Both the position numbers and the translations under genes were made by a program. A stretch of DNA of 64,000 nt, taken from contig RDEW01000038.1 of assembly GCA_011109175.1 (NCBI GenBank), positions 429,155-493,154 on the forward strand, given 5' to 3'. The notes below the pieces were generated by a model, which was not told where the DNA came from, ran no database searches, and saw only the letters and a list, made by a program, of their open reading frames with translations. Positions 1 to 12,560 of this stretch are shown here, piece after piece. This stretch comes from Dicyema japonicum (Eukaryota; Animalia; Dicyemida). Positions within the stretch are counted from its first letter, which is position 1; every line of letters begins with the position of its first letter.

Positions 1-742
1 AAATGGCTGAGTGGTCATTAAAAGTAAACACAAACAAAACCAAAATCACGGAGCAAAAAAGAAGTGAGGAAAGGACCGGGGAGCACTGATATAGATCAAA
101 ATAACTAGGATCCCTTCTCGGTGACACCGAAGATACAGTACGAAGGAAGACACTAACTAATGTCGCTTTCAACAAAATGAAGAAGACCTGGCTTGTGCAC
201 AAAAGGCTTGACCCTAAAACTTGAATAAGACTATACAATGTTTTAGTGAGGCCAATCCTATTATATAATGCCGGTACATGGGCATGTACAAGGCAGGAAC
301 TCGAAAAGTTGAATTCTTTTCACAGAAATCATCTCCGGGTACTCCTTTCTTCCAGAAGCTTTTTCAAAACGCCGTCCGAAATCTTATACAGAGAACAGGA
401 ACTGAGCCAATATCATGTGAAAGTTACTAATTACAAAATGGAGGCTCTTTGGACACATACTACGCCACGATATGGGGACCCCTGCCAACATAGCAATGGA
501 GGAGTATTTTGTCTTAGAAGCTTCTCGTTTCCGCGGCCGGCCGAGGACAACACTGCCGGTTATTCTAGATGAAGATCTCAGGAGGATTGGAAAGTGCCTT
601 AAAGATGGGGATGATCTAGATATGCTACGGAACATGGCAACGGATCGAATAAGATGGGGGACGTTAATTAGATTGTTAACTTTTCGTGTTGCACATGGTT
701 TGTCATGATCTTGGCATCGAGTACGTGCCTATAATAATAATA
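1..742 (+). mobile_element. 3' end of RTE-like non-LTR retrotransposon (post-RT region, degenerate)
   Basis: Frameshifted peptide LGSLLGDTEDTVRRK...LYNVLVRPILLYNAGTW...FHRNHLR...LRNMATDRIRW, typical of LINE C-terminal regions. Ends in a (TAA)n tail at ~730-742. Same family as 6650-7190 and 9140-10460. Confidence 0.7.
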
Positions 743-2917
743 AGTTTATGTTTTTTAACGTGAGTAGTTATTTTTGGTTTTACCGTGGTCTTTTGAAATT
801 TTCATTTCAACACAGAATTGTGAGATTATTTAAGGGGATTAGCACCTCGCCGGTACGGAAAACGCCAAACATCGCGTTGACGATTGATTACTTCACAGTG
901 AGACTTCCTCAAGGTGACCAAGTCACCTGAACATCTCCTTGGCCAGAAGTCAATTTATACCTGGAAGCCGGCCGAGAAGAAACTTTTCCTTTTGTGGAGG
1001 ATTCCAAGACCATCCACAGAGGAAGGTTGATATTACACCGAGATCACTTACTGTTACTTTTCTTGAATGTGTGCCATACAAGAGCAATAAAGAACACTTG
1101 AATCATTTTAACGAATCTTCGAAAATTGTAGACTACATTTTTTTATTGTCAACGCCCCACGATACTCCGAATAATCCGAACATAATCGCCTTTGGCTTGC
1201 TACTGCAGTAGTAAACCTTGTTTCTTTAACTGATCTGCTTCAAAAGACGAAAAATGTTGGGTCTCCCCCATTAAAATAATAGGTAAATGAAAGAAATAAT
1301 TATTCAAAAACTGCAAATTTCTTTATTTTTAATGTCGTTTACTTTCCATTATAATTTTTCTTAAATTTTAATTTTCTCTTTGACGGACGGTTGTAATTTG
1401 TTAGTTTTTTCCAAGTTTTCCATTGGACTTCACTACAAAATCCAATTAACTGATCAAAGAACATGTTCTTTCTACTCATTGCAAAGTATATAAAAATGGG
1501 GTACTTTGTGTGACCTAGGGGTTTGTCCCCAGTCAGAAATTGAAAATGTCTTAGTATCCTAAAAAAAATAAACCCTCTCTTCATTCAACAACAATTTGCA
1601 TTAAAGATCACTCCGACATTATACACGTGACGATTGTGCTGACATTAAACAGGGATGAGAGAACAAATACTATGGAACGAGATCTTTATAAGAGAAGAGG
1701 CGAAAAATCTGCAACTTTATTCATAACCAACGAAAGGGACAGGACACGTGCAGTATTTGCAGTTGTGGGGGAGAACAAATGATTCTTTTTAATTCCATCC
1801 CGGCACTGAGGGTTGGTGGATTACATGACGTCACTCTAGTAGAATGAGAGAAGGTGAGAAACAGAAAAGTCTCTGAAATGACATGGGATGACATTGTTAC
1901 TACGGTTCACAAGGGTACTTGAGACAGTTCGAAGTTGTAGATACATCTACTCTAACATGCATGCACTGTGCTCGAAAGGCCATAAGAATGTGTCCCTTGA
2001 CGCACGAGGGATGAAAGACTAACTGTAAGGATTCTACCAAAAAGGAGACGACTAGTTTATGATGTCAAAAATTTGGGAGATATAGTTATGGGCTTGACAA
2101 GTAAAAAATCAATAATTTAATTAAAATCATCTTCAGGGGAGACAATCCTGTCCGAGTTATTTCATTTCTCCTCTTCGGCGCTAAAAGATTGACTCAAACT
2201 CTAGAGCAACTCAATATTTCGTAGCGATTTAGTTCAGACACTTCAAAAGATCCGAGGTCCATGAGTTAAGGAGAGCCATAAAGCCACTGATAACATTATC
2301 TTTGCAACCGTTCAGATTATCTGACAAAGATTTTTTACTGGCAAGCAGTTGAAATATTATTAATTCCCCGCTTTGATCACAAAAGTAGAAAGCCATTGAG
2401 AAGCCCACATACCAAACAGTAGATCTCAGAGATCTTGAACTCCATGACGAGGTTAGGTGGCCAAAGTAACAGAAGAGACCCAAAGTTTCCAGTTTAAGGG
2501 TCCAATACAATATCGTTGGAAACTTTCTTGTAACAAAAATATCCACGTGTGAGAAATTCAGTAAGTAATACTTGTCATTTCTGGAAAAGCTGTCGTCATA
2601 AATTAATTTATCGATTTATGAAATTTACTATTTTCGTTAATTTTCCATCCATGAAGCAGTTAAGACAAAACAGGTCACGTGGATAAGCCTGTAGGATAGT
2701 AAATTATTATCCCATTAAAGCCAGATTAATAACAAATCGGTTGAGTTGCTTTAACTCAGAAAGATCAGAGTTGCGGTTGGTAGAGACGATTTCTTTGATT
2801 TGCTGTTTTCAGTGAGCATGCTTTTCCAATTTGTAAGTCTACCCTTCTTTGAACAATATCAAATGAGAAATAATATCTTATGATTTATCACTGCAAAGCG
2901 ACCTTGAAAGGTATGAC

Positions 2918-3064
2918 CCTTCGACAGAGGTCTTGTGACTGGGTCAAACTATGGTAACCAACGTAGCCTTCGACAGAGGTCTTGTGACTGGGTCAAACTA
3001 TGGTAACCAACGTAGCCTTCGACAGAGGTCTTGTGACTGGGTCAAACTATGGTAACCAACGTAG
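2918..3064. repeat. Perfect tandem repeat, 3 x 49 bp
   Basis: Unit CCTTCGACAGAGGTCTTGTGACTGGGTCAAACTATGGTAACCAACGTAG starts at 2918, 2967 and 3016, with no spacers. Confidence 0.97.
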
Positions 3065-3610
3065 GATTCTCACAGACAAGTACTTTAATTCAAAGACAAT
3101 AAAACAAATGACCATTTATAGTAATTGATTGTGATTTTAACGAGTTTACAACAAATATTACTTATGTTTTGATTATCAGTTTTCATGTAAAGAAGATAAT
3201 TTTAATGAAAATGTGGCAATTTGAGTGTACTTGACCCAATAGAGAACTTAATTAACCACACGAGTAAGTTCCATTTGAGTTTCGCATATCTCTGCTCACT
3301 CAATTAGACAAATTAAAAGTCAATTATAATTTTGATAAAAATATTTACCACAAAACAGCGATAAGACAAACTCAAGGATATTGGAGACATTGCAGTCAAA
3401 TTGATGCAAATTATAATGTTAATTGTGTCAACATATATTAGAATTATGCAACAAAATTGGCTACAATTGATTTTTTATAATAAAAAACATATAAAGTGAA
3501 CAATTAAAGAGAACGAGTGCAAGATGTGCTTTATCAATACAAACGTCAATAAGGCGCACAAGATCAATAGACATAATAACGCACGCAGTTATGCGCAAGC
3601 TAAATCAGCT

Positions 3611-3650
3611 TTAAGCCATCAAAAGAAAGGCGCCGCTGCCTTTTGATAGT
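3611..3650. promoter_or_regulatory. Putative paired TCF (HMG) sites flanking a GC-rich helper-like motif
   Basis: Inverted ATCAAAAG (3618-3625) and CTTTTGAT (3640-3647) flank GGCGCCGC, just upstream of the TCF ATG. Resembles the CTTTGAT Wnt-response element plus a GCCG helper site. Confidence 0.35.
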
Positions 3651-3655
3651 AACCG

Positions 3656-5058
3656 ATGGCGAACGGCAGCAATAGCGATAAAGAGTCTAATCCTATTGAA
3701 GAAGTCAAAGTCTATTGTGATGAAGGAGATGAAGAGAAACCATCGTCAGATAATTTTACTCTAGAAGGGATCGGTCTTTTGAAAGAAGCCACCCAGGTTA
3801 GCCTCCATTTTCATATGCATGACAGCCAAGTGCTCTTGATGTCGCTGTTTGGTCACTTTTATCAGCAGTTGGGCTTTCAATTGCCTGTGTAAATTGTCTA
3901 TTAAACAGCTGGCTCTAATTTCATGCTGATATATATTTTGTTACATAATATAATATTCCTAATCCGATCATAGAATTCGAGTCAAGAACTGGGATTCAAT
4001 CCTTTCCCCTTCCTCAACGGTAACTTTTTATTTTACTCCCATCAGGTGGTATTATTCCTTGGAATTTCGGAGTCTTACCAGTCATGTTGAATCCCTACAT
4101 GTACAGTCCTCAAATGGTATAAGTCTTGTCAATTAAGTCGTTATTGTATTGCCACTAAACACTTATCTAATGACATTTTCAATTATATTTTAATTTAGAA
4201 TCCTCAATTTTTTCAACAAGGCTTAAACTTCCCACCAGGATTCCCTTGTTATCCCAATCCACAGATTCTTTACCAAAATGATCTAAAACCACCGAAAGTT
4301 GATAATTCACCGCCAGATTGGAATCCAAATGGAATTATCAACAGGTAATTGCTGATTACGATTAAAGACCAAGAGAACAGAATCTGCCTGAGACCCCCAA
4401 ACGACCCTATGTTAAGAAGCCGCTCAATGCCTTTATGATTTTTATGAGAGAAAAGAGGAATGAGATTATGGTTGAGTGTACGATGAAGGAATCTGCTAGT
4501 GTAAACCAAATTCTGGGGAAGAAGGTCATTTTTATTAAGTATTTCAGTGGCATGAACTCGATAAGAATGAACAAAACAAATACTACGAATTGGCTCGTAC
4601 AGAAAAGGAGAAACATAGGGAGATGTACCCCGATTGGAGTGCACGTGATAATTATGCCTCACGTGTTAGAAAACGTCGTTATAAATCCCCCTGTCCTCGA
4701 TCTGTTGATCAAAGTAATCATTTGCTCTTATAATAAGCTGATTGTTCAAGTTCAAAGAAATGCCGAGCCCTTTTAGGATTTAAGCAACGTGATATGTGGT
4801 GCAAGCGTTGTCGGTGAGTTTGTAGTACCCATTTTTAGAGATAAGAAAAAATGTATGAGAATTTCGTACAACGGTGAGGGGGATTTTAGTGAAAATGAGG
4901 TAAAACCAAACTTCAATAATGGGGAATGTTGCTCACTCAATGGAATGGGGGACCAATCTTCTGCGAGCACTGACAGAGACATGTGTTTGGACTCCGTGAA
5001 AGAGTATGTACTTTCGAATACTGAATTTGATGAGACTTTGACTTCTGAGAAGCAGTAA
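3656..5058 (+). CDS. tcf: TCF/LEF (Pangolin-type) transcription factor with beta-catenin-binding domain, HMG box, basic tail and C-clamp; 8 exons
   Basis: Exons 3656-3796, 3974-4019, 4046-4116, 4199-4344, 4368-4524, 4548-4713, 4738-4813 and 4839-5058 splice into one open frame. Motifs: [14 protein letters not shown] (CTNNB1-binding); [16 protein letters not shown]...[12 protein letters not shown]...[25 protein letters not shown] (HMG); [25 protein letters not shown] (C-clamp). Confidence 0.93.
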
Positions 5059-6649
5059 ATCTTATTTTAGACCTTTACTCAATTTTAATATCATATGTAT
5101 TTTTTGTAAATTTTCGTATTGGTGTCTTCATTTATTTACTGTGAAGGAGCTCTATTTTTTGGGATCGATTATGGGTGTTTATCGCTCTAATATGAAGCAC
5201 CTGCCTGTCCTTAATAAGCACGTGCACTTTAAATACATCGATGTGATTAGTTATAATTAGTCATCCTATATTAACTCACTCATTAGTCATCTCCATACTA
5301 TAAATGCTGACTTTTCGAATGGGTTTTGCCTCTCATTCCAGGGGGTGCCAAAATACTTTAAAATGACTTGGACGTCATTCCATCAAATGGTCTATTACAC
5401 TTTAAGGTCACCCAGCGATTTGGGTTGACTTTGTGGTCTTCCAAACATGACAGGTAATCAATGTCGGCTATCAATTTAGTCGCAGTTGTTTTAGTATTCT
5501 GGCCATTCCGAAGTTTGTTAATTGCTGCATTTAAAACTGTTTTAATTGAATTCCTGGTAATTTAAAAATATCGAATTTCAATCAGTCTGACCAAATAATA
5601 ATTTAATTACTACTTTTAACAAATTAATAAACTTAATCATTTAGTGTTGAATAATCTTATATTAAAAAAGGATTAAGTTTATCGGATCAATAAAACGTGG
5701 GTGAATCATAGCTGCACCTTGAGACGAATGGTGCCCTTTGGGCGGACGGGTTTGAACCCCGGTCTTACATGTATCTGACCTCCCTTTATGTAGAACTATA
5801 GGTTTCCGATATCCCCCGAGTGTCTGTCTGAAGGAAGACATGGGCTTTCATCCATCATGAGGTACACATTATAGAGATACGTCGTCACCAATTGACTAGC
5901 TGAACTGATCATAGAATTTAAGTAGCACTTATATTTTATTGTTGAGTGCACTCCCGTCACCACAAAAGTGTGAGAAAAACACTTATTAAATTTTTTTAAT
6001 TTTACTGCTTTTTCCAAAAAAATAGGCTATTCAAAGCAGATTTTTTTCATGGTAAAAGTCACATGGTGATGGCATTTTTGTAATTCTCGGACCAAGATTC
6101 TTTATTGGGAGATAGTTTTCGGTCCATTTAGTACGATTATTAAAGCCAGAATTTGAGGAATAACCAAGGTCAAGTCTGTTTAAGACAGATCTGGCCGACC
6201 ATTTTTATTCAGATTACACAATCCAATGTTCTCCTTTGCATTGTCCACTCTGTGTTTCAGCCTCCCCCAAATTTAAAAAATTATCTATTTTTGTTAGTTT
6301 CCTAGTAAAAATGAAGAATTGTAATCAAATAATTATCAGCATGTGGTTGTATGAAATCAACTAAATTATGCGTTCTCTTTTGTAATATGACCTTAATTGA
6401 TAATTAATTCATTTTGAAGAGCCTGAATGAAATCATTTAAATCTCAGTGAAGGGTATTAGTATTTTTTCGATAACTGAATTTTGAGTTACAGTTATAACT
6501 GAAGCTGATAGTCAGTCATTACTCGAAATCAATTTTTCATAGCTACTATTATTTGAATCGTGGGAGTTACTATTGAGAACATTCGAGAATTATAACTAAT
6601 ATTTCTCCTGTTCCTCTTAGAGGCGGAGCTGTCCGAGCTCCTCCAATTA

Positions 6650-7190
6650 GTGCCAGATGGGAGTCAAGCTCAGATAGTCGTGCTCACCTTGCGGAGATAA
6701 GAACAGTAAGCTTAGTATCTTTCTCGCCAGTTTTCTTAGATCATCAAGGTCGTCGGTTGTTTCAAGTTTTTGCCGACTCTCTTTAAACATCATTGAAGAC
6801 GAAAGACTTGGTTTGTCAATGCGGCCAGATTTTTACGTAAGATGTCATCAAGCAGTTTCTATCGTGATCGTTGGGGCTCAGTATATTTGACTTCGGTAGG
6901 ACTTTATGGCAAATTATATCTTCCATATCTCCTAAGAGCAGTCCGACCTTCTTACGACTTCTTGTCTTCTCAGATCATTTTTCTACTTATAGAATAGTGT
7001 AAATTCACTTTTATCAGTGCGCGTGAGATAGAACGTCGTGGGTGTACTTGATTCCTGTTCTATCCAAAGGTAGAAGATATATGAACAAAATTCGGTGGTG
7101 CATCCGACAATTTTTAGTTTCTGAGTTTGTCCATTAATATTAGAATGACTGGAACGAGGGGCTACATACAAGACATTTTAGTGCAATAGA
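6650..7190 (-). mobile_element. Degenerate RTE-like non-LTR fragment
   Basis: Minus-strand peptide KVGLLLGDMEDIICHK...LETTDDLDDLRKLAR parallels the copies at 1-742 and 9140-10460. Confidence 0.55.
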
Positions 7191-7710
7191 GGTACCTCAG
7201 CCTTAGGTTATACGAGTTGACAGGTCTAAGCTGACAAAGAGAGTTCGTTTGTTATTTTATTGATTCCATACATCGAAAAAAAAGTCGACGATTAACTAAT
7301 CAAATGTATTCTACTCACACAGTCGCAAAAAGTGGATACAAGAAATTGCAATGAGACAAGTCCATCAACCACTTCCATTGATGATTCAGTGAATTGGAGG
7401 AGAGCAAATATCCCTATTGATGCCGTCCTAGAACTGGGCGCATCCTGAGGTAAACACATAAAGCCACACAAATGGAGGTATGAAAAAAAATAACTTAGCA
7501 AAGGTCAAAAAACTCTGCGACCAATAAGTCAATTCCCCCGTTTTCCTTTAGGATGGTTGACAGAGAAGTGGATTTTTTTCGGTACATAAGGGACTCGGCA
7601 GTTTCTATGGCTAATCGATGGAAACGATAATTAATCGTAATTTTAAATTAATTAAAAATAATCTAAATATTATTTAAATTATTTAAAATTGGGAGAATAT
7701 GTGATAATTT

Positions 7711-8763
7711 ATGCGGCATGGTTTGATTGGACTAAGAGGTCTCTCCTCTTTTGCAAAGTTTTCTTAATTCAGAATATTTAAGGACCCAAATATGCCGAGG
7801 AGTGGAACTTGCCAGAAATATCAACTTAGAAACCAAGACAATCCTTGATAACTGCAATAGACGAAAACCCAATCTCTACATTGTTCACGTGGGCACTGAC
7901 TCGGCCAGCTCTCTTTATATAAAAAATAAGATTTTAATTTGTAATTTTGTGGGTATTTTGGTTGTTAGAATTTAGGAATAAATGTCCACGTGGAAAATAT
8001 TGGTCGTAAAATTTCCCAATCGGAATTATTAAAATATATTAATTCTATTAATTCTGACCATAATATCGATGCTGTATTGGTCCAGCTTCCTCTCCCCCCT
8101 CACATTAGTGCTAGGGAGGTGATTGATTCCATAGATCCTTCAAAGGACGTCGACGGGATGGGAAGGACCAATCTATCAAATCTTCTTCTCGGATATGATT
8201 ATATCACTCCTCCACCTGCCGCTGCTGTTCTCCACATTCTGAATTCATATGGTTTGGGGCATTCCGTAATTGAGTAGAGATTCCGTTGTTTGGGAGGAAC
8301 GTGACTGTCGTGGGTCATTCCACCAACGTGGGGATGCCTATTGCCGCCATTCTGAAGGCTACGTGCAAGCAGAACATAAACGGATGTTTGTCTTTTAATT
8401 AATTAAGGCGACTCCAATGTGACGATTGTAAGTTCAAGCTGTTCTTATGATGATCTGATCAAGCATGTGTCCAATGCTGAGGTGTTAGTAACCGTGTGTG
8501 GGTATCCTCAGCTGATTACGGGGAATATGGTGACTGATGGAGTGAGTGTCGTTGACGTGGGGATTAGCTATGTTCATGATTCAAAGGAAACCTGAAACTA
8601 GTGGGGGATTGTCACTTTGAGAGTATCTGAGTTATTAATAGTGTTAGGTGTGTCCGAAAAGAGTAAATTCATAACTCCGGTCCCCGGTGGTGTCGGACCC
8701 GTCACGGTGGCTATGCTCATTAGGAATGTTGCGACTTTATGTGTCACCAACAATCATATTTAA
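7711..8763 (+). CDS. folD: Methylenetetrahydrofolate dehydrogenase/cyclohydrolase (FolD/MTHFD family); 5 small introns; one apparent 1-nt frame break at ~8583-8586
   Basis: Spliced motifs SLYIKNK, LVQLPLP, KDVDG, GRNVTVVGHSTNVGMP, VDVGISY, KLVGDCHFE, ITPVPGGVGPVTVAMLIRNV. Introns ~34, 23, 26 (8252-8277), 22 and 25 nt. The first exon/intron is the least certain. Confidence 0.88.
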
Positions 8764-8859
8764 CTATTCTTTGAATAAACCGTTGATATTGGAGTTCCCT
8801 AAATATAGTTACGTGAGGAATTTGAATATCTCAGCCTGCGAGGTCCTTTTTTAAGCCTT

Positions 8860-9130
8860 GGGTAGGCCTTCAACTTTATTTATGTCAGACTTAATACCGG
8901 GTTATCTCTCCGCTTTTTGCCTTCTTCAATTCCTAGAGGCGTCGTTGAATCCACTTAGTTCAGGACACGTCTATTGCCTGGTCGGCATCAAAAAAGGATT
9001 TATCTGTTCTCTACTCAAATGGAGAGATTCTATAATGGCGGATGCTTGGAAAGGACGTGATGCTGGGAAACAATATGTCTCTGCAGGGGGAATTGGATAA
9101 AACCTATTTCACGTATATCTGGGTTATTTT
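8860..9130 (+). repeat. Dispersed ~250 bp repeat, probably a decayed coding remnant (copy 1)
   Basis: Shares GCCTTCTTCA(A/G)TT(C/T)CTAGAGGCGTC...GTGATGCTGGGAAA...GGATAAAACCTATTTC with 14110-14340; an inverted partial copy lies at 11930-12030. Confidence 0.5.
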
Positions 9131-9139
9131 ATAAATTAT

Positions 9140-10460
9140 TCAACAAAGACGCACCAACCCAGCTGGCAGAAAAGATAACTTTCAACGATGGGAGTTCTAC
9201 TTCCTTTACAAAAACCTGACAAACCTGCAGGTCCAATTGAAAATCTCAGGCCGATCGTGCTTTTGACCACTTTGCGAAAAACATTGTCGATTACAACGGT
9301 GAATATCAAATTCAGTTAACCAATACTTGTCATCAAGTCAAAGCGGATTAAGGAAGATCAACCGCTGATATAGTGTGGAGTCATCCGTATGTCAGAAGTA
9401 CAGAAAAACAATGTATATTCTGAGAGTCGACTTATCGAAAGCATTCGACTGTGTCTTAAACTATTGCAAGTTCTCAAGGACATAATTGATGAGGACTGTT
9501 TCAGGATTGTGCGTTTTTTGATGGCTGACACGAGCCTTATAGTGAAGGTGAGGAAGGGCTATTCGGAAAAATTCATGACCGGGATTGGTAATCCACAAGA
9601 GGACTCGCTTTCGCCAGTTCTCTTTGCAATCTATTTGGAAGCTGCGTTGAGGGACGTTAGAAAAGAATTGGGTCACTTAAATAAATATTTTGTTGAATTA
9701 ATATATGCTGATGACATCAATTTTGTGTCTGAGGATGTGGAGGTACTAAGAACTTAATGATAAAGCCACAACAGGTCTGGAGAGGTGGTCTTTGAAGATC
9801 AATTCAGAAAAAACGAAGTTAACTTCGATTCAGCGGTTACCGACACAGATTGATGAGAAATGGAGGTTTACTAAAAGGCTCGGCTCGTTTTTGGGTGATG
9901 CTGAGGACATTGCTTGTAGAAAGATGTGGAGTATTTTGACTCGCAGAAAACTTATCTCCTTAAATCTTCGGATGCGCTTACATAAGCGTTCATACAACCA
10001 GTCCTATTATATAACTCGGGAACATGGGGAACATCAAAAACGGACCTTGAAGACAAATTTCATAGAAATCAATTGAGAAAAATTGCGGGAATCAAATGGC
10101 CATATCAGAAACGACACTCTACATATTATGTAAATGCAAAACGATAAGCAGAGAAGTAATTACCTCACGCTGGCGACTTTTCGGACATGTTCTGAGAATG
10201 GACCAAGTCATTCCTGAAAAATTACTATTCAAATCACGGAATTGGATTTCGGTGTCGGCCAAGATGTACGATTCCCCTCTGCCTGAATAACGATTACGCA
10301 CGAATTGGCGGTCAACTCAAAACTGGATACGATCTTGAGGATATTCGTAAACGGGCAAGGAACAGAGCTAGATGAAGAGGGCTGACTGGGAGGATAGTCG
10401 AGTGTACGGCACGAGCGAAACCCTAGGCATTTTAAGTGCTTATGGCAACGCGGGAGTGCT
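9140..10460 (+). mobile_element. RTE-like non-LTR retrotransposon, RT domain to 3' end, frameshifted
   Basis: KPDKPAGPIENLRPIVLL, GNPQEDSLSPVLFAIYL, YADDINF, LGSFLGDAEDIACRK, RWRLFGHVLRMD. Confidence 0.8.
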
Positions 10461-11929
10461 ATTAACTAAAATAAATGCTAGTTGAGGAAACCGGCTGCGT
10501 GGATCGCAAACGAGTTCCCTCGGAGTATGGCCAATTCAATCTTTTGTCTCAGCTTATTTGAAAAAATAATCGATCATATTAATGTTCAGCTGAATCTTAG
10601 TCATTGGAAAATGCACCTTGAAGTTCTTCCTTGATGACGTCTTCAGATCCACCACAATAGAAATTGAGTTTCTTGCAGGATCAGGGATAGTATGGGTCTT
10701 CCAGTTGGAACTTTCAACCATGTTCTTTTTTCCTACACAAGTACGATGAAAAACACGTTTATACAAAATTATAGAGACAGTTCTTGGTTCAGAAAAGCAG
10801 TGAGGACTTTATAAGAATATCAGAGAAACCGTCTTACACATGTCTGGGGATAGCCGAATATTTAAATATGGATTCCTTAGGGAATTGGAAAGAGAAATTT
10901 AAGTGATTTAACACTTTCTCTGCCTTATTTGGAGTTACTATACTTAGTCACTTCCTTTACAGTTTACAAGTCTCCGATTCTCTTCACAGTCTACAAGCCC
11001 TGCTGGCTATTTGCATCTTGAATAGTCACGCAGTCTATTGCATGACTCTCGGATGATCTTTTAAATAACTTGATGGCTTACAAGCAGAAATAATAATATG
11101 TTAGTTAAAGGACAATTTATGAAAATGGAATTTTTTCTTACTACAAGGCAGACATCAAGTTCCTCCAAATTTGTCCGGATGAGAATCCACTCAAACACTG
11201 GGCTTCCTTATTTCAAAACCAGGTTACCAGTGTCTCTTGAGTCCACTAAAAAGGACACCAGAAGTTGTATTACCCCGAGATGAAGACAGTAAGTGTACTA
11301 GAGTTATCACATTGTTCAGAAAAGCTACACCACCAGCTCGACCTTCCTTGAATCATAAAATGATGACTTTAAAGGTTTTTAGAAGACTCTATAGGGACGT
11401 AAAAACGGGACAACGACGTAAACAAATTTCTTTTGCCTTTGGTTTGTTTTGGGTTGTCTAACTTCTCACTACATCGAATAGCGAAATTTGAGTAAATTCT
11501 CAAGCTTCGGAGATCATTTCCACTTTATCCAACATCTTCGACAACACGCGTAGTCACCTTGAGGAATGACGATGTGCCTCATCAGTAGCAATGGCCAGTC
11601 TATCGGAAAATAATAAATGAGATAAACCCACCTCATTAGGTGACCATGGTACCCTAAAGGTTGGATACACAGGTTAATAAGAATGTTCTACATAGGCTGA
11701 TTACAACATCATTTTAGCGCTATTTTAATATCTGAAGATTATGTCGCTGTATATCCTATTATTCCTCTAATTTTTGAATAAAAAGTCCTTACCGAATATT
11801 TGACTACGAATCAAATCATTAAGATAACAATAAGAAGATCATGACTGTTTGTAAAATGAACTCATCATTTTTTCTTGTGGTCCCGAGGTAATAAATAAAT
11901 TTAAGCAGAATCGGGATCACCGAACCCTT

Positions 11930-12030
11930 CCACTAGAATTTTTGGATGCCTCCAGACAGAGGCATCTCCTGAGTTAGGTTCATTCCACGAGGCCTCTTAA
12001 AAATTTAAGAATGCAGAGTCATTTTGGATT
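11930..12030 (-). repeat. Inverted partial copy of the 8860-9130 repeat
   Basis: Reverse complement matches the CTAGAGGCGTCGTTGAATCC...GGCATCAAAAA segment. Confidence 0.4.
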
Positions 12031-12189
12031 CACTCTTCTGTGTTGTTGCAAGTCGACTGACTGTTCCGACAAACTCCGTAGTGATGGGGACAAGCACCAG
12101 ATATTTCCGCAAAAGTGAGTTAAAAGTCTTTCTGTCAGTCCCTGGTATTTCCATCTCTTAAAAAACTATTCTTTAATTGGCTGCCCAAG

Positions 12190-12560
12190 GAGATGAGAGA
12201 AAACCAAACTGGATGACGATCTTCGCATTTACAAAAGGCACTCTCTTATGGAATGTTACTTGAGTGGATACTTTTTCCTCGACGAATATGATTTCCACTA
12301 CAAACTCAAACTGTCTTGAAGCTGACTCTGCTGAACGGAGAAAGCTGGATTGATATTCTTCGCTTGGGGACCGTTTCAGCTTCATCCCAATTGCGTTTGA
12401 GACTTCGGATGTATCCAGGCCTGTCACCAGAGGTGTTCTCCGAGAGATTGAAAGCGCAATCTCGTAAAGGCTAGAAGATCTTCGGAAGTGACGTTGGTTC
12501 CGTGAACGCCTCGGATTGCCAGCGTTCGCAGCAATGTTCACTGTCCCTTGACAACTTGTG
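12190..12560 (+). mobile_element. CRE-like non-LTR retrotransposon 3' fragment (RLE endonuclease region), old copy
   Basis: KPNWMTIFAFTKGTLLWNVT*VDTFSSTN...LGDRFSFIPIAFETS aligns with the younger copies at 44714-49860. Confidence 0.7.

Noticed and set aside
2918-3064. CRISPR-like array
   Set aside because: Units are contiguous and identical with no spacers, there are no cas genes, and the context is eukaryotic.
4270-4982. ORF-track entries 4270-4662, 4407-4616, 4773-4982 (-) and read-through ORFs 4435-4776, 4789-5058 (+)
   Set aside because: Antisense shadows of TCF, or frames that read through its micro-introns.
5735-5790. tRNA gene on the minus strand (GGGGTTCAAACCC T-arm)
   Set aside because: Only a B-box/T-arm is present, with no matching acceptor stem or D-arm; at most a SINE head relic.
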